DNA of 63,866 nucleotides, filler included, from Choristocarpus tenellus KU-1152 (Eukaryota; Protista; Phaeophyceae), in assembly GCA_964200185.2 (NCBI GenBank). It is 12 parts of 12 records of this genome, joined end to end, with 100 filler letters (N's around TTAATTAATTAA, not from the genome) between each part and the next. Parts side by side here need not be neighbours in the genome. Positions count along the whole stretch, not along the records: positions 47,049 to 51,994 come from CAXNAD020012425.1; positions 52,095 to 57,429 come from CAXNAD020011111.1; positions 57,530 to 60,647 come from CAXNAD020022200.1; 9 more parts are not named here. One strand, 5' to 3'. Shown piece by piece: positions 49,432-60,747 of this stretch (positions are counted from its first letter, which is position 1; every line of letters starts with the position of its first letter). Position numbers and translations under genes: made by a program. The notes beneath the pieces were generated by a model. The model was not told the DNA's origin and ran no database searches. It saw only the letters and a list, made by a program, of their open reading frames with translations.

Positions 49432-50798
49432 GTTTGTGTTGTATCCCCTGCCTGCCACTAGTGCTTTTTGCAAGTAGGGAGGGAATAGGGGAGTGGGGGT
49501 AGGGGTAGTCGTTTCCGAGGTCGAAATAATCATTTTTTTTATTAGCTGTTACTATTGTTATTGTTACTGTTACTATTATTACTATTGCTATTACTTTTAC
49601 TTCTACAGTTACTAAGTACTAAATATTTCTTTTATTCCTACTACTACTGCTATTATTTTTGTTGTTAATATTATTATTGTTTTTATTTTGTTGTTGTTGT
49701 TGTTGTTATTATTGTTATTATTATTACTACTGCTAGGAATTAGCTACTACTACTGTGGAATGATGCAGTCCTTGATTAGTGAGCAATTAATACCTAGTGG
49801 CTCCCCAATCTATTCAACTTGGGTTGGATTTAGGTAGGTGCTGTTCTGATCATTTATATGGAATGATTACAGTGCACAAAATATAGTTTGGATGAAAATG
49901 GTGCAAGCACCATAAGTGCAGTTTGGGGGGAAATAATGAGGTCGTCCGTCTCTTTCATCAATATTGTGTCTGTCCTCTTGTGTGCCCCATATGCACTGCA
50001 GCACTCCACTTCATGCAAAATACATACAAGGGGGAAAGTTCAAAGCTGGTCGTGTAACGTTCTTCATCTTAAAATAATAATATAAAAAATATTTCCTTTT
50101 TTAATCTTTTTACTTTTTCGTTTTATTTTTCTATTCTTTGGGAACCGAGATAACTCAATAGTTAATTTCAATTATTAATTTCGCTACAAAAAATAATTTC
50201 AATTGACTCGGAGGAAGTGCAGACGTGCAAGTCAGAACGCACAGAGGGTGCGAGCGGTGCGTGTCACCGAAGAGAAGCAAAAAACTCCCCTGGAGGTGTG
50301 AAAATTTGTTGTTGGTAGTTTTTCTCACCTCCGGAGGCGTGTTCTCCTGTAGTGATTGAGATGGACTGTTGCTCATCCAAGTCTTGCTCTTGAGGAAGGA
50401 TGAAGAATAAGTGTCTGAGGGTTTGGCAGGTGGATCATCAAACTCTTGAGGCCAAAAGCCTCCACAGGTCTTGAGGAGGTCCACAGCTGTGACTGTGTAG
50501 TGAGTGTGTAGTGATTGTGGGTAGGTGAACGTTCCATGTGACCAGCGCTCTAGGTTGTGTGGTTTTTGTGACCTGTGAGGATTACAGTCACGCTTCTGTG
50601 TTGTGTTGTGATTTTAAATGAATAGATAATTTTTTTCAGTTGAGTCATTTGGTTATTCCAATTCATTGAAATAAAGTTGATTGAAAATGTCGTGGTTTAA
50701 AAACTGTTATTTTCACAAAAGTGGGGGGGGGGGGGGGGGGGGGGGAGGGTATGGGTGCTGAAAGGGTGAGCAGTGGTGAGGGGGTGCCTACAAAGGAG

Positions 50799-50808
50799 NN
50801 NNNNNNNN
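50799..50808. other. 10-N scaffold gap between poly-G tracts
   Basis: Plain N10 without the stop linker; flanks are low-complexity. Confidence 0.9.
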
Positions 50809-51994
50809 TTGTTTTTTATATAAATTAAAAAAAAAAATATAGAGTAAGATTGTGGGGTTAAAAATTTTTTTTTAAAAAAGGGGGGGGGGGGGGGGGGGGA
50901 GGAGGGAAGGTTCTCGTTCCGGAAAGCTTGAGATCTGGTGACTGGGTGCATTCACAGGAGAAGAGAGTGAAAGGGTGGTGATCTTTTGTACGAGTGAGGC
51001 AGGGTATAAATATATATATATATAAATAAATAATTCATACATATATGTAAATCTTTGACTTCTTGACTACATCTGCTGATAGTGCAGAACACGTATATAG
51101 AGTGTGATGCTGGATAATAAGAACACAAACATTTTTTAGAAAAAATTAAAAAATCAAGGAATTAGAGGTGTGTTGAAGAGGTTGAACACTGCAGTAGTGT
51201 ACTCTCAAAAGTGGTTTTGCTTATGATTAAAATTACACCAGGACAGCACTCTATGTCCTCTTTTGGACAGACATGTACATCATGAGTACCAACTAGGACA
51301 CCACAACTCTGTCCTTGCTTGGGTGTTGGGGACGGGGGACTTCATGTTCCTCTTTGTTGAATCAGTCTGGGTTGAACTTCCTTGGTGATATTTCTCGCTG
51401 TTGAGAATCACTTGCTGTTGTAGGTGGTAGTAACTGTAACTGTAACTGTTAGACGTGCTAAGGTGTACCTTGTGATAGAAAGTGTGTTAGAGTGGGTATG
51501 TTATGTACCAGGGAGTAGAATTGTGTGCATGGTGACAAATACATTAGGCTCTTCTTGTTGCTCTGTCTGAATAGATCACTCAATCACACAAAAAGAGGCA
51601 GAATGTGAAGGTACAAGTGAAGGAGGTGTCATAAATGCAGCCAAGGAGGTCTACCCTCCTTCACTTGTTTGCAGCTACGACTCACCATCCTTAGGTATAC
51701 TGCCAGCCACAAACTTTAGGTTGTTCTATGGAAAGCAAAAATTACCACAGAGCTATGTCCATGTTACTTTTTCTGCCACAGAGCCACACCTATGCTACCA
51801 AGCAATCGACATACCTGTTGTACTGGATGGATCATGTAAGATGAAGCTCAAACTTATAGAACTTTTAAGTTGAAAACCTCACCAATAGCCAATAGTAATA
51901 CTGATGCTAATCCCCCCCCCCCCCAAACAAAAACACTCACCCATACTCCCCACAGTTTTCCCGCCGCCCGCTTCAAGGCCAGCCCGGAGGCAAG

Positions 51995-52094
51995 NNNNNN
52001 NNNNNNNNNNNNNNNNNNNNNNNNNNNNNNNNNNNNNNTTAATTAATTAANNNNNNNNNNNNNNNNNNNNNNNNNNNNNNNNNNNNNNNNNNNN
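51995..52094. other. Artificial contig linker
   Basis: N44-TTAATTAATTAA-N44. Confidence 0.98.
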
Positions 52095-52345
52095 CTTTCC
52101 ACCGCAAATGTGTTGAGGTTATAACTACAAGGATCAAAGGAGCCCTCGTAGTGGGTGCGCTTTCGCGCCTCAGCTGCAGCAGCAGCTACACCATTGCTGG
52201 TGGATGAGTGGGTGAAGTGATAGGTTGCCTGTACCTCTGCGAAGGTGACGCCTAGCAGAAGACCTTTGTCCCTGTAGGGAGCTGTTCCAGCGTTCGCTAG
52301 TACCCCTGCGTGGAACACCAGATCCATGCGGAGGTTCCTGCCCAC
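52095..52345 (-). mobile_element. Fragment of a non-LTR retrotransposon restriction-like endonuclease (RLE) domain, CRE-like
   Basis: LRMDL...LLLGVTFAE...AAAAAEARKRTHY...FAVE fits R.D / DVT / AA..AE..K...Y / FA.E; the DVT aspartate is G here. Confidence 0.8.
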
Positions 52346-54205
52346 TGTGAAAGGACTACTTTCAAGTATTAGAAAAAAAATGACCCCAACATTGGTATGA
52401 CGCTGACCTCATCATCTCTTCCTCTCCCGTCTCTCTTCTACATTCAGCAAGCAGTCAATCATCATCGACATCATTATTAATATCTTTAGACTGTTTTCTT
52501 TGTTCGGTGATGTTGTTCTTGTTCACCCCAATAGGCATTATTGGTCCACCCTTTTATATTGCACAAGAAATCGTCAAGAAATCTGAAAATTTGACCATTT
52601 CTCACGGCAACGGAAAAAGGTTCGTTTAATGAGGCAAATAGTAGGGTGACGTGTATATATTGATATCCTCAAGTATCCAATTTTAAGGGTATTGGAGCCC
52701 TCCCTGTGGAAGATGGCCTGAACCTTCCAGTATCCCACTACTACTCATAATATCAGAAGTGGAAACATTGTAATAATGAGCACAGCTGTTCCGAAGAGAA
52801 TGGAACCAAAAGGTATGGGGTCGCTTGAGCTAAAGCACAACAAGCAAGAGAGGGGGCGGTACACAGTTGGTCATAGTCCAACAGTCAGATACAACAGCAG
52901 TATCTACTATGAGAAGTGCAGTGTGCAGTGATTGTCGACAGGTCAGGATAGTCCCCAGACTAAAGTGTCAACAATAATACCTTTTTAATAGTACTGTTGA
53001 ATAATATCTGTAATGTTAGTAGTACAAACATTCGTACCCTCACTACTACTACTACCACTACTACTACTAAATAACAATTGACTGGAGGGATCCCGTTTGC
53101 TGAGTGTGGCAAATAGGACTCTTGTCCATCAGGTAACTATAAAATGCGACTTTTCACACACACCCAAAACGTCTTGACCTCAACTCTACAAGCATTCATG
53201 ACTCTTCTTGACAGGACAATCTTACTAGCATGTGCTTTCTTCAGGTATAGTGGTACTCCCACATCAGCAGGTCTCGATTCCCCATTTGACTCCCTCACTA
53301 CCACTACTGCATAGACGGGAACATATTCCGTTTTTTTGTTATTATTTTGAACTGCCTGTAGTTATTGTATACTACGTAGGACTACTCCGTGAGTTGAACC
53401 CTTCCTCTATTGAATGTGGTACTTGTAGCAATGGTGTCAGGCCATGGTGGCGGTCACAATCGTTCTGGTACAACACAGTAAATGGTGATGATGAGGAAGA
53501 CGAAGAGGCCAGAAAAAAAGGAAGGCGACTCAAATACACACGATATACAAAATCAAAATATCAACAAGATGAACAGAATAGAGAATGTAGTACTATTTAT
53601 GCTGTTTTTTTAAATACATGCACATACACACGCACACATTTATATACATGTTGCTTTCAGCCAGCTAGGCTCAAGCACTCTGACTGCAACTTCCTCAACC
53701 AATCCCTCCCCTCGATTTTTTGCATCAGAGTAGTGTTGCTACTATTCATAATATTAGGCTAACATTCCTCACATACTTCGGTCCTGTCACATGCCGATTG
53801 CCTATATATACGTAAGAGTTCAATTTATGTCTTCATTTAAAATCAATCAGTTGCATACAAATATATGCTAGAAGTACTAGTGTATGTATAGTGTATATGG
53901 ATATGTATGTGTGCGTAATATTTCTGTGCTACATTGCAATAATATCATGTTTTATTACTACCATGTTATATATATATACATAATTACACATACAATACAC
54001 CGTATAGCATACTGCCATGCCCCAATACCATTGTAAACAGCACAACAATATTATTGTAAACAACGTAAGAACCAACGTATTAAAACTCTTTCAAAATTCG
54101 ACATGATCTCGATCCCTAACCCCCCTCCTAAAAGTGCTTACGAAAAAATCGCACACATTTTACTTTTCCCAATCAACATTATCAATGCCCATGGTACTCA
54201 GCAAA

Positions 54206-54399
54206 GGCTCAAAGTATCTGAGGGGGGGGGGGGGGGGGGGGGGGGAAGGGGTCCACATCAGGGTGTCCATTCGGGTCCTGACCAAGAGAAGTGAACTTGC
54301 ATTATCCATCAGACACACGCAACCAAATCACCCAAAATCGAAACATGGAAAAACGGGCCCCGAATGGACAGCTGCCACTCCCCCTCAGATACTCTGAGC
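54206..54399 (+). mobile_element. MITE family B, complete copy, TSD CAAA
   Basis: CAAA|GGCTCAAAGTATCTGAGGGG ... CCCCTCAGATACTCTGAGCC|CAAA. Confidence 0.95.
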
Positions 54400-56377
54400 C
54401 CAAATGGTTTCAAAAGTCCCAGGCGGGAACCAGTGAGCATCCACCTGGAGACCATTCAAACTGGGCTGGAGGTGTTATCCTCCAACCTCTCCTATGATAT
54501 AGTCCCTACTCCCTCAACTTGGAAATAGACAGTTTCCCATCAGTTCATAAAGTTATCCACTCAGAGTGGATTGTAGCTGAAGGAGATAAGAGGTGGCAAG
54601 CTTTGCACAGCTGAAGGTATAAATACACTATGTGACACATTTGTATATATATACATCTTTTTGGTAGGAATGATGAATATTTTTTCTTGTTTCACAGTTT
54701 CCCCTCCTATCCTCATCCCTGTCAACCTTGTTATGACACCTTGAGTAAACACTGTCAGACTTGTACTGTAATTTATCGAAGAATTGCCTACCATGCCACA
54801 AAGGAGAGGCTGCATTGGGAAATATAGCTCAAGCCAGCAATAGAAGACTATTGCTCTCCCTTGCAAACACATATACTTTGTTGATAGCTCTATTGATGAT
54901 GGAACAAAAAAGTCTATCTTGGAGTCATCCTTGTAATCATTAGCACCCACAACAATGCACTGCACTTGTGCAATGGTCACACTATAAAAAAGAAAAGCAA
55001 AAGAGCACTGCCGTGCTTATCATACATATGTTGTGCAATCACTAAAATATAAAGGACAACCAGAATCAACAAGAAAGAAAAAATTGAAGACACCCCCCCT
55101 CCACAAAGCCCATCTATCCATATGTCACAACTACCCCCAAAAATTCATTTCCTGCATGAATTTGTGTACCTAAAACCCGATTCATATCAGTGCATGGTCA
55201 GCATCACTATAGTTCACATACCAGGCAGACATGCACGTCGCCACCATGGTCCATGCCTCATAGGGTTACACACCCCCAAGGAAACAAGAAATTAGTCCAG
55301 ACGAACACAGCACAGGTGTAGTGAGTTGGGGTGGGCAGGGGCAATCAGTTGCCATCTTGCTTCTGAGGAAATTTGGGGACGGATGGAAATGTGGAAACAA
55401 AAATCGGCAGGTGCAAGTCTACACCAAATCAGATACTTCACTAGCAAATCAGTGCACAGTCCCCTCCCTGGCATGTAAAGAAGTGATACTGGAGTTTCCC
55501 TTCCGGCCCCCCGGCCCCAGGCTATCCTCCCCACACGCAAATGGGAAGGGGAGTGCATTGGAATACACACATGATTCAAAGAAGCACGATCAACAGACAC
55601 ACACAAGATACGAACAAACTCTCCCTCTCACACATAGAACTACACACACACAGAGCTTAAAGTTGTTTCCTGTCCAGAAGGAAAATGTGAAATACTCCAA
55701 GACCAAAGCGGGCCCTCAAACAAACACACTCCTGTCCCCAAAGTACACTGAGGGTCGAACCTATTAATAGCACATCTCGAATCCTACGGCATGCTGGCTA
55801 CCCTGTTCAGATCAAAAATAATTGTAAGACATTTTATGTAATCTCAACCTTATCTGTAACACCTCCTTCCCTCCAGCCTTGCCAGGGCATTACAAACACC
55901 AGGAAAATGTCATCCCCTTCCCCCCCCAACCACCCTATTGCCACCATGATCCTCTATTTTCTAGGGCAAGGTGTATCTATGAAAAAAGAGAGAGGCCGAC
56001 AATCTTGGTGGATGAACACTACCTTGTAGACCCTTTCTCAAGGATCACAGAGACAATGACCACCACGGCACTATGGTAGGAACAGGGCCTGCATGTTGAC
56101 CCCGTCTTCACCAATGGCCCTGCTCCTTTGCTATCCACTCCTCCACATGACCCCTGGTTGTACTTACTACTCTGTGTGGTACACCAAAGAGTTCTTAGGG
56201 CCTCATCCTAGTACACAATTAACCATCTTGACAGCTGTTGTCTTGTAGTGTGGATAGGCAAAAACAAGACAGTTTCCACTTTTGCATCACGTTGCCTGAG
56301 TGTGTCACCCACCTCACTGCTCACCTCCGCTTCTCAAAAAGTCATTCATCTCCCCCTCGCAGCTATCTCACTCTTTG

Positions 56378-57429
56378 TCAAACATACTTGAGAATCTTGG
56401 TGTAGACAATATCGGGAAGAGCAAAGAGCCTCTCGAATCTCTGCTGGCGTTGCTCCCTGGCTGAGACAAGTGACGGGGCCCCTTGGCCCCCCAACCCTCC
56501 CTCGTTTGGTAACGAGCATTTTGACAGTACCAAGGCAGAGACACCACCTGTACCCGCAGTACTAGGAGCACGTCGGGGCCGTGCTTGCCGTATTCTTCCT
56601 TCACTCCAGAGCACCCTTGCCCGATTGACAGCGATACGCTTGGCATACACCACTCGAGATAGGTCCCAAACACGAACTCCCCTGTCCGAGCCAGCACTTG
56701 CTAACAACCGAAGGTCAGACGATATGGAGAGGGAAAAAATGACACCATGGTGAGCAGTGATTGTTGCAGCAGGGCTTCCACCTATGAAGACCCCATTTCC
56801 TGTGGCACCACCAACCCCGTTCCCTCCTCCTGCCCCATGGCCAATTTTGCTTGCTGCTCGGGGGGTGCTACTATCAGTCAGTGCTCCTGGTGTCTCCCAG
56901 ATATTTATGATCCCGCCCCGGCACCCACTCACCACCCAGCGGCCATCCTCAGAGACTGCCACGGCCCTGACACCCTCCTTATGCCGGCCGAGCACTAGTG
57001 CCTCAGCAGCCCCAGCCACAGGGCGATGTCTGGGAGGCTTTCGGGGAGGTAGGGCATTGAAAAAGACACGGACATAACCGTCGTAGGAGCCCGTCACAAG
57101 GGTGCCACCACCAGGGGTGGCAAGAGCGACGCTCATCACAGCACCCATCTCCTTGGCGTCTCCGTGCTCTGTGCACCAGCTGGTCCGTCGACAGTTTACG
57201 TCATCGCCGACGCTAAACTCCGTTTCTGTCCCGATCGACTCCACGCAAAGCAGGAGAGGTTTGGCTGGCGCCGGAATGTGGACGCCTCCAGCGGCAAAAA
57301 GACGTGGATGAGCGGCGGGAGCGGGGGAAGAAGAAACATTTGCAAGATTTCGGGAGCGGTTTTTTGGGGTGGTCTTTCCTGTTGTCGCCTTCAGTCGGCC
57401 CCCCTCCGTGGCGGTGTCTGGCGCAAGGG
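56378..57429 (-). CDS. WD40-repeat protein, 3' terminal exon (open to contig end)
   Basis: Three WD40 repeats: LVTGSYDGYVRVF; HKEGVRAVAVSEDGRWVVSGCRGGIINIW; HHGVIFSLSISSDLRLLASAGSDRGVRVWD; frame stays open upstream of 57244. Confidence 0.9.
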
Positions 57430-57529
57430 NNNNNNNNNNNNNNNNNNNNNNNNNNNNNNNNNNNNNNNNNNNNTTAATTAATTAANNNNNNNNNNNNNNN
57501 NNNNNNNNNNNNNNNNNNNNNNNNNNNNN
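57430..57529. other. Artificial contig linker
   Basis: N44-TTAATTAATTAA-N44. Confidence 0.98.
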
Positions 57530-57567
57530 AAATGGACGCGGCTCTACCCTCTAAGATACTTTGGCTC
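57530..57567 (+). mobile_element. MITE family A, right end at contig start
   Basis: AAATGGACGCGGCTCTACCCTCTAAGATACTTTGGCTC. Confidence 0.92.
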
Positions 57568-60239
57568 ATCCCCTCCCAGGGCCTGTACCTCGACCACGAT
57601 GCTGTGGGTGCCTTTGCTGCCTCTGCTGCCTCTGCTGCTGCTCCTTCCGGACTCCAACCAGCAAGTTTCGGCATTGAGCATGTTTATGCCCCACTTTACC
57701 TAATACATCACAAGTCCCTTGGAAATTGTTCTTCCTCACACTCAGTCACTATCAGGTGTGCCTTCCCCTGGCTTGCCACTAATCTCCCCAAACTTAGTTT
57801 TCCCCTCTTGGTATTTTCCACCAGGTTCACCGTGCTTGGTTCGTTTCGTTTCGTAATCCCTGACCCTCTCATACATTCTCCAATTTTCGGCTTCCTCCTT
57901 TACCAGCTCAAAGATCCTTTCAGGATCCTTTTTAACCTCAGGAACCCGAGCTACATACTTAGAAACCTCAGCCTTAAACGCAGGGGGTTTAAGACCTGCA
58001 ATTAAAGATCTCTAAGGGTACATTTCCCGGTCATGCTTTCCAAGTCTCCCCTACTTGTGTCCAGTATTATCATGGAAAGCATTATCCAGATTATTATCTT
58101 CCAGATAGCCCTTGATATCCTGGATCGCACCCATGACCCGATCAGCGGCGGACCCTTCATTTCCCATCCGGGCCATCCTCTGCAATTCCCTTTGGATTTG
58201 CTCCATGTCGAAGGTTCTGTTTTCGTCATCGACTGGCGCCACCTTCTTAAGCGCTTTAAGGAGTTGCTCCTGTCGCTGCAGTCCAATTGCTTCTTAGAGT
58301 GCCCCGTACCAGTACTCGTCTCTGAGCAACGGTTAAGGACCCAGATAGCGTCATAAATGAAATTTGTACACCTCCCTTTAAGTGTTTCATCCTATAACGC
58401 TCATCTCATACTCGTGTCGAGCTGTCAAAACCTCTCTTACCCCCTTCTCTGCCAGTCTTTCAACCCATATAGGTTGAATGTGCTGTGCTATCTGCAATTT
58501 ATACCAATTGGTCTAACGCAAGCCCTCCCAGGCTGTGCCGAGTTCATCTCCGTCGTTTCTTGACATACTGGACTCTGTCAATCAAGTAACTATGCTGGTT
58601 TCTGCCCAGTTGTGTGCACTCCAAGTTCCAGCAAGCTCCCACGATCACGTGTTGGCCTTCCCCAGCCAATTCTAGTCCGTGCTCGATCCTATGGTCAGGT
58701 CTTGAGAATTCAATTGAACTATAGACAGCTCAACCACAGGAGCTGGTCTATGATAGCTTGCAAGGACTCCACCCCACGTTGGGGTTTACAGCTCTGTTAT
58801 TTGTTAAAGGAGTGAGCATAGATCCAGTCAAGGATCACATATGCTCCAAACATAAAAAATGCAAATGCCTCAGCTACGTCAGAAAAACCATCCATGCGGT
58901 GTCTACAAGCCTGGACAAGGGAATCACGAATGATTTATAAAAGAACTGTTGCCAAGATTGAAACCAAGAGCGATATCAATGTTTTAACCTTGAGCGTCAG
59001 CAAACCACCATTATTGTCGTATGCCTCGACTTTTTGCATGTAGTATTAAGAAATTCACATTATGAACAAAAAGTGATTTGCGCAAATGAGTTTGTAGAAC
59101 TGTGAAATTCACGTGGAAATCTATGTCGCTCACTTCTCTTCCAGGCTAACCAAACACAAAGCGGTGATAGCCCGTAACCAAGTTACACAAAAAACGTGTC
59201 TGGTTTTCTTTCGTTTCCACTTCAATCACAACAAACAAAAAAGATAATCAATCAGTCCGCTTCCGGAATATCCTCACAATTGGGAGGAGTCGATGAAACA
59301 CAGAGATAGAATTGCAGGCGATTTGACGAAAGCAATTAGATCAACCACTCGGATACACAAAATATGCAAATCTACTCGGCGATGCAAGCTGATGATTTCG
59401 GTCGTGAGTCGGTGGTCATGTTCTTGGTATTCGTAGCAGCAACGTTGACGAGTTTTCTACCATTTTTCTTAAAAGACAACTTGGCAATGCTTCGAGTAGA
59501 GCCGTCAACGTATCCTCGCATCACCCCTCCCTGATGATACAGAACCTCTCTTCTTACTTGCTTTGGGTATCCTCCTATAAAATTCTTCAAGTTAGCAAAA
59601 TATAATACTAACCAATCTGATCCAACTATATGAGCTTCAATACTATAAAAGAATATCAAACCAGAGAGGATACACAAGATGCTAGGCAATGCAAGAGAAA
59701 GAGGAAGCAAAGGAAACCGAAGAGAAAAACACAAAGAAAGGCCACTGTAAATATAATACACCACCACCCAAACAAACGAGAACCAATCACATGTAGTTCC
59801 AGAAGCAGAAGAAAACCAAGAGAACTACACCAACCAAGGGCATCAAAGGAAAAATCGAATCGTCACAGAAACTCCATTGATGAAGCCATACAACGCCTAG
59901 GGCATCTCCTATACGCACGTTTTCACCCCCGTTTCGTTTTGCTTTTTCCCATTTTTGGGCATTTCGAAACGAAACATCGTGACAAGTGGGAATCATATGG
60001 CAATATTGAGGCATTTCTGAACAAGGCAAATCTGAACGGAGGGTGGATCAGACCATTCTTGACCAATTTTCAAGGCAAAATCTGAACGGAATTCTTGGTG
60101 TTTCGATTTACCCTCTGTTGTTGTTCGTAGCAATGTACTTGGGGCTACATAGTATCTACATAGCACACCTGGTGGTTCAAGATGGACAAAATGGATGGAG
60201 TGAGAGAGAGACTGAATGCCATCGTTTCTGAAACATTAG

Positions 60240-60302
60240 TAAACCCCTGAGCTACCGAGCAAATAGTCAGCCTGACTTTCTGCTCGGTAACTCAGGGGTT
60301 TA
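60240..60302. other. Near-perfect 63-nt inverted repeat (hairpin)
   Basis: TAAACCCCTGAGCTACCGAGCA / TGCTCGGTAACTCAGGGGTTTA, 21 of 22 complementary, plus inner AGTCA-GCC-TGACT. Confidence 0.9.
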
Positions 60303-60647
60303 GCGAAGGGGAATCGTGTGAGACTCATAACCTGTTGAAACCTGAATCGAATGCATTGTATATGCAATACATAGACTACGAAGGAAGAGGAACTATGGTA
60401 TTGCAAAGCACCAATGAGTAGGGAGCATAGTCTGTGGTATGAGTAGATGTGATTGCGAGGTAAAGCACTGATGTATTTGTTCTATTACAACTGAAGTCAT
60501 TGATCTCTCAGTTAAGAATGATGTGATGTGAATACAGTGATATTTCATGGTATACTTGGTGAAAGAAGTACACGCTCTGTGACGAGGCTTGTTACCTTGG
60601 CTGGCAAGGGTTTCAGTAGATGGTTTTAACTCTGGGTGTATTACATC

Positions 60648-60747
60648 NNNNNNNNNNNNNNNNNNNNNNNNNNNNNNNNNNNNNNNNNNNNTTAATTAAT
60701 TAANNNNNNNNNNNNNNNNNNNNNNNNNNNNNNNNNNNNNNNNNNNN
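60648..60747. other. Artificial contig linker
   Basis: N44-TTAATTAATTAA-N44. Confidence 0.98.

Noticed and set aside
57570-58600. LINE ORF1 or gag-like remnant on minus strand
   Set aside because: Coding-like but no diagnostic motif recognised
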